Source of the DNA: Candidatus Sericytochromatia bacterium | Lineage (GTDB): Bacteria > Cyanobacteriota > Sericytochromatia > JACMPN01 | Assembly (NCBI GenBank): GCA_014377495.1 | Contig: JACMPN010000336.1 | Span: 1-36,577 of the forward strand | Length of the DNA: 36,577 bases | Direction: 5' to 3' | Shown: in pieces, positions 9,917 through 18,607 of the stretch | Layout: every line of letters starts with the position of its first letter | Position numbering within the stretch: position 1 is the first letter of the stretch | The notes under the pieces: model-generated | What the model saw: the letters and a program-made list of their open reading frames with translations, nothing else | The model's database searches: none | Told to the model about the DNA's origin: nothing | Made by a program: the position numbers and the translations under genes

Positions 9917-10654
9917 TCATTCGCCGTCATCTGGTCGGATCGCCTCGATGAGCCAGTAGGCGGGTTTGCTCATGGGCATGATCCGCCGATGGACGGCCAA
10001 CTCCAACCATGTGCCCAACGTGCCCAGCCGTCGCAACTGGGGCCAGCAGACGATGGGATACACATCCAGGACGTTAAAGCCCGCCGCCGAGACATCCTGA
10101 CGCAACTCATCTGCCGTCCAACGCCGATAGTAAAGTGCCCCCCCGATCAGACCTTCCTGCGGGACGTTCGCAGCAAAGACCCAGCTCGGATAGGCGTAAA
10201 CCTCGATGAACAATCGGCCGCCCGGCTTGAGGATCCGCCGGAACTCATTCAGGGCCGTGACGCGTCCTTCCGGGCTGACGTGTTGGTAGGCTTGCAAACT
10301 GATGACTTTGTCCACACTGGCGGTTTCCAGGCGCAGCGGCTGCGACATGTCCGCCACCAAAGGGGTCACCCGATCCCCCCAAACCGCCTGACGGCATTTC
10401 TCCCGCACGATATCGACACTGACCGACGAAAAGTCCCCTGCGTATAAGTGACTGACGAGCGGCGCAATCACGGAAACCAAACGTCCGGTACCACAGCCGA
10501 TATCGGCAACCGAGTCCTGTGGTTGCAATGCGAACCGCCCGAGCAGTTCACGCATTTCCACATCGGCCCACCAGCCACGGCTGGCATACCAAGCGTCAAA
10601 GTCAGCTGCCGCAGAGTCCCGCAAGGCAATCTGTGAACGGTCAATTTCAGGCAT
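9917..10654 (-). CDS. Class I SAM-dependent methyltransferase (paralogue B)
   Basis: Motifs DIGCGTG, GDFS, ADM and RILKPGGRL. Confidence 0.9.
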   Translation of the reverse strand: MPEIDRSQIALRDSAAADFDAWYASRGWWADVEMRELLGRFALQPQDSVADIGCGTGRLVSVIAPLVSHLYAGDFSSVSVDIVREKCRQAVWGDRVTPLVADMSQPLRLETASVDKVISLQAYQHVSPEGRVTALNEFRRILKPGGRLFIEVYAYPSWVFAANVPQEGLIGGALYYRRWTADELRQDVSAAGFNVLDVYPIVCWPQLRRLGTLGTWLELAVHRRIMPMSKPAYWLIEAIRPDDGE

Positions 10655-10745
10655 CGGAAACCCTTCTAATCGTATCGCTGCCGAACATCACAGGCGCTAG
10701 TTCGACGTTCAACCGCATGTCCCTGTCACAGCGACGGTGGCCAAT

Positions 10746-11489
10746 TCACACGGATTTCGCCTCGACAAGCCAATAAGCCGAGCGCCACACGGGCAGATAG
10801 CCGAGATGTGCGGCCATCTCAACCTGCTTCCCCAGAGAGCCGGCACGCCGCAACTGTGGCCAACACACCATCGGAGCCAAGCGTTCCACACTTAGTCCTG
10901 CCTCAGCCAACTCCTGCCGTATTTCGTCTGCCTGCCATTGGCGGAAGTAGAGGGTATCACTCAAAACCCCCTCTGCCGGAGTCCCGGATGAAAACACCCA
11001 ACTGGGATACGCGTAAACGACCAAGGTCAGTCGGCCCTGTGGCCTCAGGACACGCCGAAACTCGGCCAAGGCCACTTGCCGGCCGGCCGGGTCCACGTGC
11101 TGAAACGCTTGCAGGCTGATGATCCGATCCACCGACGCATCGGACAGACCGCATGGCTGAGCCATATCGGCTGCAAATGCCTCAACCTTGCTGCCCCATG
11201 GGGCAGCAAGGCACTTGGCTTTCAACACTTCGATGCTGGCTGGCGAGTAGTCCGTGGCGATCACTTTGGCGACCTGCGGCGCAAGGAAAGGGATCAGTCG
11301 TCCCGTCCCACAGCCGGCATCCCAGACGACCTCGTCCCGGCGCAGGGACAGGCCGTGCATCAATTCCGCAATCTCCACTTCAGCCCACCAGCCACGTTGG
11401 GCAATCCACGCATCATAGGTCGTGGCATTGGCCTCACGCTCCCGCAGTTGTCGTGCCGCCAGTTCCGCCGCACCAATTTCCTCCGTCAT
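10746..11489 (-). CDS. Class I SAM-dependent methyltransferase (paralogue A)
   Basis: Motifs DAGCGTG, TDYS, ADM and RVLRPQGRL. Start reassigned to ATG 11489 (GAGGAG SD; ATGA overlap with the upstream gene). Confidence 0.9.
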   Translation of the reverse strand: MTEEIGAAELAARQLREREANATTYDAWIAQRGWWAEVEIAELMHGLSLRRDEVVWDAGCGTGRLIPFLAPQVAKVIATDYSPASIEVLKAKCLAAPWGSKVEAFAADMAQPCGLSDASVDRIISLQAFQHVDPAGRQVALAEFRRVLRPQGRLTLVVYAYPSWVFSSGTPAEGVLSDTLYFRQWQADEIRQELAEAGLSVERLAPMVCWPQLRRAGSLGKQVEMAAHLGYLPVWRSAYWLVEAKSV

Positions 11490-12502
11490 TGCGACTCCTC
11501 TTGACCCATCGCTTGCTCCCTTCCCCGTAATTGACGCCTGACCCAAGTCCAGGTGCCGAGTGCCAGAGGTTGCACGACTCGTTCTCGCTCGGTCAGGAAG
11601 CGGACTTCGCGACCACCCCACCCCCGCTTGAAGAAGGCGATCCCATCCTCCGCATCCGGCAATCCACCCAGGTCAAATACGCTGCAACCAAGCGCCTTGG
11701 CATGACGCATCACGGACCAGAAGACGTCGTACAACGCTGGCCCTTCGAACTGGGGGTCCGTGGCCCCGTACAGGTAGTGGACTGTGCGCGCCCCCCGCGC
11801 AAACACCCCGCCACCGACGACGCGATCTCCCTGCCGGGTCAGGGCCAGCCAGGCGAGGCCCGAGCCCAGCAGCGCCTTACACCAATCCGTCTGCGGTTGA
11901 CCGTAGCCTTTTTGAGACGCCGCCGTACCGTGCATGACCAGATAGGAGGCCAGATCGTCTGCCGTCCCAAATTCCGTACTCAGACCGGCGTTTCCCGCCT
12001 TCTTGATCATCCGGCGGGTCAATGTCCGAAACCCAGCCAGCATGTCGGCTTCAGACCCACTCACATCGCACCGGATCGTTTGCTGATGCAGTTCGGCCGG
12101 GGCCGGAGCAAACCCCAGATCAGCCAACCCGGAAGCAGCGGTGAGTGCGGGCAGTGGTAAATGAGGATCGACCCGCAGACTCATCGGTTGCAAACCCGGC
12201 GGAAAAAGTGCGAGCAACTGGTGCAAACCAGCGACCAAGCTTGTCTCGTCGACTGCCCACGGTCCCCGGGTCACCGCCAAGCGGGGCGGCCAGGGCCATG
12301 ACTTTCTGACCTGAACAGCGGCACCGAAGACCAACTCCCGATCCTGCCAACCCGTGACAAACCGGAGTTCCTGACCATGGCAGTGAGCCCGATCGATTGC
12401 CAACTGGCGATGCTGAAACGGATGGAGATCCATCCGTTTCCAGGCTTCGTCCCAGGCTGCAGCCTCCAGGCCAGTCAGCGTGTCATGCCAGACGAGTTTC
12501 AT
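11486..12502 (-). CDS. FemAB/FemX-like GNAT transferase
   Basis: HPFQ, RGP, LRVDP, TRRMIKKA, VHYLYGAT, FDLGG and GIAFFKRGWGG match the FemABX-like pattern. Confidence 0.8.
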   Translation of the reverse strand: MKLVWHDTLTGLEAAAWDEAWKRMDLHPFQHRQLAIDRAHCHGQELRFVTGWQDRELVFGAAVQVRKSWPWPPRLAVTRGPWAVDETSLVAGLHQLLALFPPGLQPMSLRVDPHLPLPALTAASGLADLGFAPAPAELHQQTIRCDVSGSEADMLAGFRTLTRRMIKKAGNAGLSTEFGTADDLASYLVMHGTAASQKGYGQPQTDWCKALLGSGLAWLALTRQGDRVVGGGVFARGARTVHYLYGATDPQFEGPALYDVFWSVMRHAKALGCSVFDLGGLPDAEDGIAFFKRGWGGREVRFLTERERVVQPLALGTWTWVRRQLRGREQAMGQEESQ

Positions 12503-13425
12503 GCGTGAACCGACACCTGCCCCAGCACATCGGTGAGCACCGCCGTCGGCGTCGCCCCACCCCGGGCCTTCACCCGGTGGCGCAATCCGGCCACGAAGAC
12601 GGCCTGGATATCGTCCGGCAGCACATGCTCCCGCCCGGCAATCAGCGCCCAGGCCTGGGCCAACTGCAGCACACTGACGGTTGCCCGAGGGCTGGCACCG
12701 AGCACCAGGCGATCATCCTGTCGTGTCGCCTGCATCAGCCGCACGAGGTACCCACGCAGTTCGACACTGGCATGGACCCGATGGGCAACAGCCTGCAGTT
12801 CGGCCAACTCGGCGACCGTCATCACCGGCGTCAGTTCCTGCGGCCCTGCATGCCCCACGTGACGGGCCAACATCTCCGTCTCGTCGGCGACCGACGGATA
12901 ACCCAGGCTGAGACTGACGGCGAACCGGTCAACCTGCGACTCGGGCAGCGGAAAGGTCCCCTGGGTTTCCACCGGATTTTGCGTGGCGATGACGAAAAAG
13001 GGATGGGGCAGCGGCCGGGTCACCCCTTCGATGGTCACCTGCCGCTCTTCCATGGCCTCCAGCAACGCCGACTGGGTACGGGGCGTGGCCCGATTGACTT
13101 CATCGGCGAGCAGGCAATGGCAAAACACGGGGCCCGGCTGAAAGGTGAACACGCTCTGGCGCTGGTCGTAGATCGACGCGCCCGTGACGTCACTGGGCAA
13201 CAGGTCCGGGGTGAACTGCACCCGACGGAAGTCCGCAGACAGGGAACGGGCCAGGGCCTTGGCGAGTATCGTCTTGCCGACGCCGGGGACGTCCTCCAAC
13301 AGAACGTGACCGCCGGCGATCAGGGCGGCGATGACCAGCGTGGCCGCCGTCTCTTTGCCGACGACGACCTTGGAGATGTTATGCAACAGGGCGAGAGCCT
13401 GAGGATGCTGGGCAGTGGCGCTCAC
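12499..13425 (-). CDS. moxR: MoxR family AAA+ ATPase
   Basis: Motifs GHVLLEDVPGVGKT, RVQFTPDLLPSD, LADEVNRATPRTQSALLEAMEE and ATQNPVE. GTG start at 13425 with GGGAG upstream. Confidence 0.93.
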   Translation of the reverse strand: MSATAQHPQALALLHNISKVVVGKETAATLVIAALIAGGHVLLEDVPGVGKTILAKALARSLSADFRRVQFTPDLLPSDVTGASIYDQRQSVFTFQPGPVFCHCLLADEVNRATPRTQSALLEAMEERQVTIEGVTRPLPHPFFVIATQNPVETQGTFPLPESQVDRFAVSLSLGYPSVADETEMLARHVGHAGPQELTPVMTVAELAELQAVAHRVHASVELRGYLVRLMQATRQDDRLVLGASPRATVSVLQLAQAWALIAGREHVLPDDIQAVFVAGLRHRVKARGGATPTAVLTDVLGQVSVHA

Positions 13426-13565
13426 AAAGAACTCCCGATCCACGAACAAGGCGGCGACAGGCTCCCATGGTACCATGAGGCCCGGCCAGCGCCGGAAAAG
13501 CGGCCGTCACACCACTGACCACGCCGCAATGGCCGACCGGCCGAGCCGATGGGAAACCGACAACC

Positions 13566-14867
13566 GTGATCCGCCGCCTGTTCTCCCTCCTCGACCCCTT
13601 CCTGCTGCTGCTGTTGGTGGCCCGCGAAGTTTGGCGCAGTCGCCGGCACGGCACAGCACCGGCCACGCTGGCCGGACACATCATCCTGTCGATCGTGAAG
13701 TTCGTCCCGGATGGCACGGCCCTGACCGCCGATCAACTCGACGTGCAGACCCTGAAAGGGGTGTTCCAGCGCGTGCTTTCACTGTCACTGAGTGATTCAC
13801 GCCAAACAATCCAGCGCTCGGAACCTGCCCCCGGCATCCATTACATGGACGTGCCCCTGCACCCGGCAAACGGACTGGCCCGACGGGGCCTCCGCCGGTC
13901 GGCAGCACTGGCCGGCCTCAGCCAGGTGCGGCAGGAACTGGAGACGGCCATCGCCGCCGGTCGGTACGGGACGGTCACGGCACACGATCCCCACCTGCTC
14001 GGCCTCCTGGGTGTCGCCATCGCCTGCCGCACGGGCGTGCCGCTGATCCTGCACCTGAACAGCAACTTCGACAACAAGTTCGCCCAGACCGGCAAAGTCA
14101 GCTTTCCCTGGGCCCACTGGCGCTGGATGGAGCGCCGCATCGAGCACTTCGTCATGGCCCGGGCCTCCGTCATCGTGGCCGACCGGCACTACTACCGGAC
14201 CAGTGGCTTCGTGCCCGCCCGATACCATCACAAGTACCGCACCGTCGGCGTCTTCCCGCCGCTCGTCGTCAATGCCGAGCGCGGCCCGAGCCGGGTTGAA
14301 CTGCTCAAGCGCTGGTCGCTACCCGATCGCCCCGTCCTCGTTTACGTGGGCCGCCTGCATCCACACAAATTGGCCGAGGATCTGATCCCCTTCGCCCTGC
14401 AACTGGCCAAGTCCGGTTCTGACTGGACTTTCGTATTGGCCGGCGACGGGCCGCTGCGGGGGGCAATGGAGGCAGCCGCCATGCCATTGGGCGATCGGAT
14501 CCGCTTCCTGGGCAACCAGACTCCCGACGCGGTGGCCGACCTGTTCCGTCTGGCGCACTTCGTCGTCGCCACCCATGGCGGGGTCACCTTGGTCGAGGCC
14601 GCCACGGCGGCAAAGGCGACACTGGCCTATGACTATGACTGGATGCCCGAGTTCATCACCGACGGGACAAACGGGGCCCTCGTGACTGTTCGCGACGTGA
14701 CGGCCCTGGCAGCGGTGGCGGCAGGCTGGCTGGCCCAGCCGGAGATACCCGCCCGCCTGGGTCGTGCCGCTCGCGAGACCGTACAGCGGCATTATCAGCG
14801 AGGCAGTGCCTTGCGCCATGAAGGCGATGTCTACCGGGCCCTGCAGCCCAGTCCCCCGAGCCCATAG
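13566..14867 (+). CDS. Glycosyltransferase family 4 (GT-B)
   Basis: Motifs VYVGRLHPHK, LAGDGPLR, FLG, LVEAA and EFITDGTNG. Confidence 0.85.
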   Translation: MIRRLFSLLDPFLLLLLVAREVWRSRRHGTAPATLAGHIILSIVKFVPDGTALTADQLDVQTLKGVFQRVLSLSLSDSRQTIQRSEPAPGIHYMDVPLHPANGLARRGLRRSAALAGLSQVRQELETAIAAGRYGTVTAHDPHLLGLLGVAIACRTGVPLILHLNSNFDNKFAQTGKVSFPWAHWRWMERRIEHFVMARASVIVADRHYYRTSGFVPARYHHKYRTVGVFPPLVVNAERGPSRVELLKRWSLPDRPVLVYVGRLHPHKLAEDLIPFALQLAKSGSDWTFVLAGDGPLRGAMEAAAMPLGDRIRFLGNQTPDAVADLFRLAHFVVATHGGVTLVEAATAAKATLAYDYDWMPEFITDGTNGALVTVRDVTALAAVAAGWLAQPEIPARLGRAARETVQRHYQRGSALRHEGDVYRALQPSPPSP

Positions 14868-14946
14868 CCCGAACCCCGATGCATTGCCGGGGGCGTTCCT
14901 GGGTATAACGAGAAAAGCGGTGTGAAAAACGGAGGGACGTGCGGGC

Positions 14947-15834
14947 ATGGCCCAGGAAAATCCAGACGCACACGGCGACGAGGCCTGGGTCCAGGACTCG
15001 GCAGCGTCAGCGCCTGCCCGGGCGCCTGCGGGACGCATCACCTCGACGGCGTCGGTAGACGATGCCGCACCGCGGAGCCGGACGGATGCCGGCCGGATGT
15101 TGCGTCGCCCTGCGCCTGTCCCGCTGAGCAAAGAAGAGCGGGAAGCGCTGCTGGTTGCCCGCACCGAAGAAGTCTCCCAAATGCTCAAAGGGGTCAGCGC
15201 CCAGTTGAGCGACATCCAAAATGAAGCGGCCCGCAGCGTCAGCCGCATCGCAGACTCCGCGCATCTGATGGCGGCGACGGCCGGCCAACGTTTCCTGGCG
15301 GTTCTGGCCTATCCCTTTTTGATGTTGCTCAAGCTGATCCTGTTTCCCCTGTCGGTCGTCCAACGCATCCTCGGGCGCTTTGCCCCGACCCGGCACTATG
15401 ACGACGGCGAAACCGTCCACGACTGGGACGAGGAAACCGCCGAAAAGTCCGAGCCGGAACAACTCGCCACGTTCAATGACATGCTGGAACTGAACGTGAT
15501 CTTCATGGACAACCAGCGCGTACCCCTGTATTCCCAGGCCCAGACCCGCGGCACCGGGCGCCTCGGCCGGCTGGAAGAGCAGTTCATCGTCGACAATGCC
15601 ATGCAGGCCATCCGCGAGTGCTCCGAATTCACCGCCGATCTGCCGACGCCCGCCACGGGCCAGTACGCCAACGAACCGATCCGGAACATCATGGATGGCG
15701 TACAACCCCGTGATGTCGGCCGCTTTCTGGCCTTCGTCAAAGCCTTCCCGGGCAAATACATCGGCAAGACCTGGAAGGTCTCGGAGACCTTCGCCACCTG
15801 GCTGCTGAACAATGCGCCGGGTTCCCAGGGCTAG
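14947..15834 (+). CDS. Hypothetical membrane-anchored protein
   Basis: GGAGG SD and GC3-rich codons. Disordered N-terminus, coiled-coil-like segment, hydrophobic FLAVLAYPFLMLLKLILFPLSVV, globular C-terminal domain. Confidence 0.8.
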   Translation: MAQENPDAHGDEAWVQDSAASAPARAPAGRITSTASVDDAAPRSRTDAGRMLRRPAPVPLSKEEREALLVARTEEVSQMLKGVSAQLSDIQNEAARSVSRIADSAHLMAATAGQRFLAVLAYPFLMLLKLILFPLSVVQRILGRFAPTRHYDDGETVHDWDEETAEKSEPEQLATFNDMLELNVIFMDNQRVPLYSQAQTRGTGRLGRLEEQFIVDNAMQAIRECSEFTADLPTPATGQYANEPIRNIMDGVQPRDVGRFLAFVKAFPGKYIGKTWKVSETFATWLLNNAPGSQG

Positions 15835-15843
15835 GACACGTCG

Positions 15844-15865
15844 AGACGGTCCGTGACCGTCTTTT
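15844..15865 (+). terminator. Intrinsic terminator
   Basis: AGACGGTC-cgt-GACCGTCT followed by a T run, 9 nt after the stop. Confidence 0.65.
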
Positions 15866-15868
15866 GAT

Positions 15869-15897
15869 TTGTCAAAGCCAGGCCAGCCCGCTACAGT
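15869..15897 (+). promoter_or_regulatory. Sigma70-type promoter
   Basis: TTGTCA-N17-TACAGT. Confidence 0.6.
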
Positions 15898-15953
15898 GAA
15901 GATGCCCAGGCACGCGCAGAGCGCCGCCGGCCAACCGATCCAGGTACCGATCG

Positions 15954-16100
15954 ATGAAATCCCTTGTGATTGCCTTGTTTGTGGCGGTCGGCATTTTTTC
16001 CTGCCTGACCCGTCCCACCCTGAAAAACCTGCTCACCATCCGGCGGCGTCCGACGCCACCGGTGCGTGCGTTGGCCACGGCCCGGCGGCGGCGCTCATGA
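15954..16100 (+). CDS. Small 48-aa single-TM protein (not in the ORF track)
   Basis: MKSLVIALFVAVGIFSCLTRPTLKNLLTIRRRPTPPVRALATARRRRS*; its stop overlaps the next start (ATGA at 16097-16100). Confidence 0.6.
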   Translation: MKSLVIALFVAVGIFSCLTRPTLKNLLTIRRRPTPPVRALATARRRRS

Positions 16101-17284
16101 CCCGGCCCTTGCGGCGCACGGTCCTGGCGTTGACCCTCTTGCTCGCCGGCTGCAGTGCCTTCGTCCCCCAGGGCGGTATCTCCGACGTGCGTGGTCGGGT
16201 GATGTCCCTGTCGCCTCCCAAGCCACTTGCGGGCATCCGCATCGTGGCGAAACAGGCCACGGCCGATACCTATACCGACAAGAACGGCGAGTTCCTCCTC
16301 AAGGATCTGCCGACCAACTGGCAGGACATCCGCGTGGACGTCGAGGGCTACCACCCGTTGGTCCGCCGCCTCAAGGTGGAACCGTACGGGACGAAGTACG
16401 TCGACTTCAGCCTCCAGGCCGCCGGCACGCCGTTGCCGAAACCGGAACTGCTGTTCGAGCGGAACGGTGAAATCTGGAACACGGACCGCCTCGGCATGCG
16501 GCAGACGCAACTGACCGGTGCCGACACCTGGCAGTGGCGGCAGCCGGTCTGGGCCCCGGATCACCGGCGCTGGGCCGTCCTCGGTATCAACCTGTCGCCG
16601 CGTGCGGCCGAACCGCCCGGCGTCTGGCTGAGTGACGGCGATGCCGGTCCTGTCCGCGTCGCCGCCCTGCCGGCCACCCCGTTGGGCCTGAGCTGGCGCG
16701 GCGGCCCGTTCCTCGTCTGCCTGGATGGCCCGGGGATGAATCAGGGGATGGGCCGCGGGACGATGCTGGCCATGGTCGAGCGCGGCAAGAACGTCCGTTT
16801 CCTGTCTCCCGGCAACGGCGAGGGGTTTCCCAACCTCTCCCCGGACGGCAAGCGCATCGCCTACACGGTCTATTCCGGCAACGTCGCCGATTACCTGGGC
16901 ACCAGCCGGCGCCCCCAGGGCCGGACGCAGATCGTCGTGGCGAACCACGGCGGGGCCAATGCCCGCGAGCTCACCGCCGAGGGCGACAACCTCGATCCCG
17001 CCTGGTCCCCGGACGGGCGCCAGATCGCCTTCATCTCCAACCGCGAGGGCGGGGCCGAGTTGTGGCTGATGGACGCCGACGGCACCAATCAGCGCCAAGT
17101 GACCTGGACACGCGCCAAACGGGCCAACAACCCCTGCTGGTCCCCGGACGGGAAGTCCATCGCCCTTAACACAAGCTTTAAGGAAACCTTTCCTTCCCCT
17201 CGGGCGAAATCCCTCTGGCAGGTGGCGCTGGCGACGGGCAATTTGGCCATGATATCCAATGACGCGGTGACGGCGTCGTGGTGA
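16097..17284 (+). CDS. Lipoprotein with carboxypeptidase-regulatory-like domain and TolB/PD40 beta-propeller repeats
   Basis: Lipobox LLLAGC; TDKNGEFLLKDLP; repeats PVWAPD, PNLSPDGKRIAY, PAWSPDGRQIAF and PCWSPDGKSIA. Confidence 0.85.
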   Translation: MTRPLRRTVLALTLLLAGCSAFVPQGGISDVRGRVMSLSPPKPLAGIRIVAKQATADTYTDKNGEFLLKDLPTNWQDIRVDVEGYHPLVRRLKVEPYGTKYVDFSLQAAGTPLPKPELLFERNGEIWNTDRLGMRQTQLTGADTWQWRQPVWAPDHRRWAVLGINLSPRAAEPPGVWLSDGDAGPVRVAALPATPLGLSWRGGPFLVCLDGPGMNQGMGRGTMLAMVERGKNVRFLSPGNGEGFPNLSPDGKRIAYTVYSGNVADYLGTSRRPQGRTQIVVANHGGANARELTAEGDNLDPAWSPDGRQIAFISNREGGAELWLMDADGTNQRQVTWTRAKRANNPCWSPDGKSIALNTSFKETFPSPRAKSLWQVALATGNLAMISNDAVTASW

Positions 17285-17332
17285 TGCGCGGGGCCTGATT
17301 TGTAAATGCCGTTTTAAATGTGTGTTGCGCAC

Positions 17333-17359
17333 GCAAGTTTGCGGGACGGTTTCCGATAA
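17333..17359 (+). promoter_or_regulatory. Sigma28 (FliA)-type promoter
   Basis: GCAAGTTT-N11-TCCGATAA versus consensus TAAAGTTT-N11-GCCGATAA (6/8 and 7/8 matches, exact spacing). Confidence 0.65.
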
Positions 17360-17425
17360 GACCGTGGGAGAGGTTAAGGTGGTTAACCACCGCTTCACCA
17401 AATAACCCGCCGTTGGGAGGACATC

Positions 17426-17749
17426 ATGAGCGTCAATTTCAATTCTTCATTTACCCCTGATATCAATACCGGCCGTGCCGCAGCCCCTGCTGCCGCCGCC
17501 GGAGCCGCCGCCGCCGCCAAGACCGCCACCACGGTCGGTGCAGCCGCCGCCAAGCCCCTGGACACCATCAGCTTTTCGGCTGCCAGCATGCAAGCAGCCT
17601 TCAGTGTCGAAACCCCCAAGAAGACCGAGACGGCCTCCGCCGACGAGGTCATTGCGACGGTGAGCAACAAGTTCGACCCCAAAGAGGTCTTCACGAACAT
17701 GGCAGCGAAGCTCGTGTCGGATTTCCGCACGGCCCCGGTCATCGTCTAA
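17426..17749 (+). CDS. Ala-rich 107-aa protein, possible divergent FlgM-like protein
   Basis: GGGAGG SD and strongly biased codons. Low-complexity N-terminus, DTISFS, and C-terminal FDPKEVFTNMAAKLV. Confidence 0.7.
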   Translation: MSVNFNSSFTPDINTGRAAAPAAAAGAAAAAKTATTVGAAAAKPLDTISFSAASMQAAFSVETPKKTETASADEVIATVSNKFDPKEVFTNMAAKLVSDFRTAPVIV

Positions 17750-17769
17750 AACAGGACGGTAAGGACGAC

Positions 17770-18147
17770 ATGACGACAATGAGCGCCTCTGAGATTGTGA
17801 TCGATCTCGATCAGCCGGACGACGTGCTGATCGGTCAGATTGCAGACATCTTGGCCAACGTGGAGCAATCGGTTAAAGCAGGTCGCGATGCGCAGCTGTC
17901 CTTCCGGTTACAGCGGTCGGGTGTAGACGAACGGCAGTTCACGCACACGTTGTCCGCCGATGCGTACCAACAGGCCGAACAGGACGTGGTCTTTCCCCTG
18001 GTGGTGAACGAAATCCTCCTGAAGGAGTTTCCGGCCAAGGTCGCCCAGAACGAGCAATTGCGACAGCATGTCATTGCCGAACTGAGGCAGGATCCATACT
18101 GGTCGAGCCAAGTCGTCGAACTCGTCAAAGCAATGAAGGCCCGATAA
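17770..18147 (+). CDS. Hypothetical helical protein
   Basis: TAAGGA SD; 125 aa; follows the previous gene by 20 nt. Confidence 0.75.
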   Translation: MTTMSASEIVIDLDQPDDVLIGQIADILANVEQSVKAGRDAQLSFRLQRSGVDERQFTHTLSADAYQQAEQDVVFPLVVNEILLKEFPAKVAQNEQLRQHVIAELRQDPYWSSQVVELVKAMKAR

Positions 18148-18166
18148 GCGGGCGTACGCAAATGAG

Positions 18167-18191
18167 ACCCGTCCAGGTATGGACGGGTTTT
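18167..18191 (+). terminator. Intrinsic terminator-like hairpin
   Basis: ACCCGTCCA-ggta-TGGACGGGT followed by TTT. Confidence 0.6.
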
Positions 18192-18238
18192 GGCGTGAGT
18201 AGGGACGGGGCGCCGTAAGGCCCTGGGGAGGCAGCACC

Positions 18239-18607
18239 ATGGAAATCCGCCAAGTCAATGTCTCTGACTCTGCCATGATGAAGCAGGAAGTCGCCAAGGA
18301 AACGAAGAAGGACGGCGGCAAGTCGGAAACGAACGCCAAGTCGACACCGACGACCGAACAGAACCTCTTCAACCGGCCCTACGGCGCAGACGGCACGACC
18401 CTGTCCAAGGGCGAGGCTTACAACCCGCTCTCGACCATTTTGCCCGAGAGCAAGATGGAAGAAGCCCGCCGCCGCCTCAAGGACGAAGACGACACCAAAA
18501 AGCGTAAGAAGAAAAAAGACGAGAAGAAGAAGCAGGGCAACAACTTCTGGTCGTGGCTGATGGGTGACAACGCCAGTACCGCCGGCGACCGTGACCCTGA
18601 CGAGTAG
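18239..18607 (+). CDS. Hypothetical charged, Lys-rich protein
   Basis: GGGGAGG SD and biased codons; contains KKRKKKKDEKKK and FWSWLMG. Confidence 0.8.
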   Translation: MEIRQVNVSDSAMMKQEVAKETKKDGGKSETNAKSTPTTEQNLFNRPYGADGTTLSKGEAYNPLSTILPESKMEEARRRLKDEDDTKKRKKKKDEKKKQGNNFWSWLMGDNASTAGDRDPDE

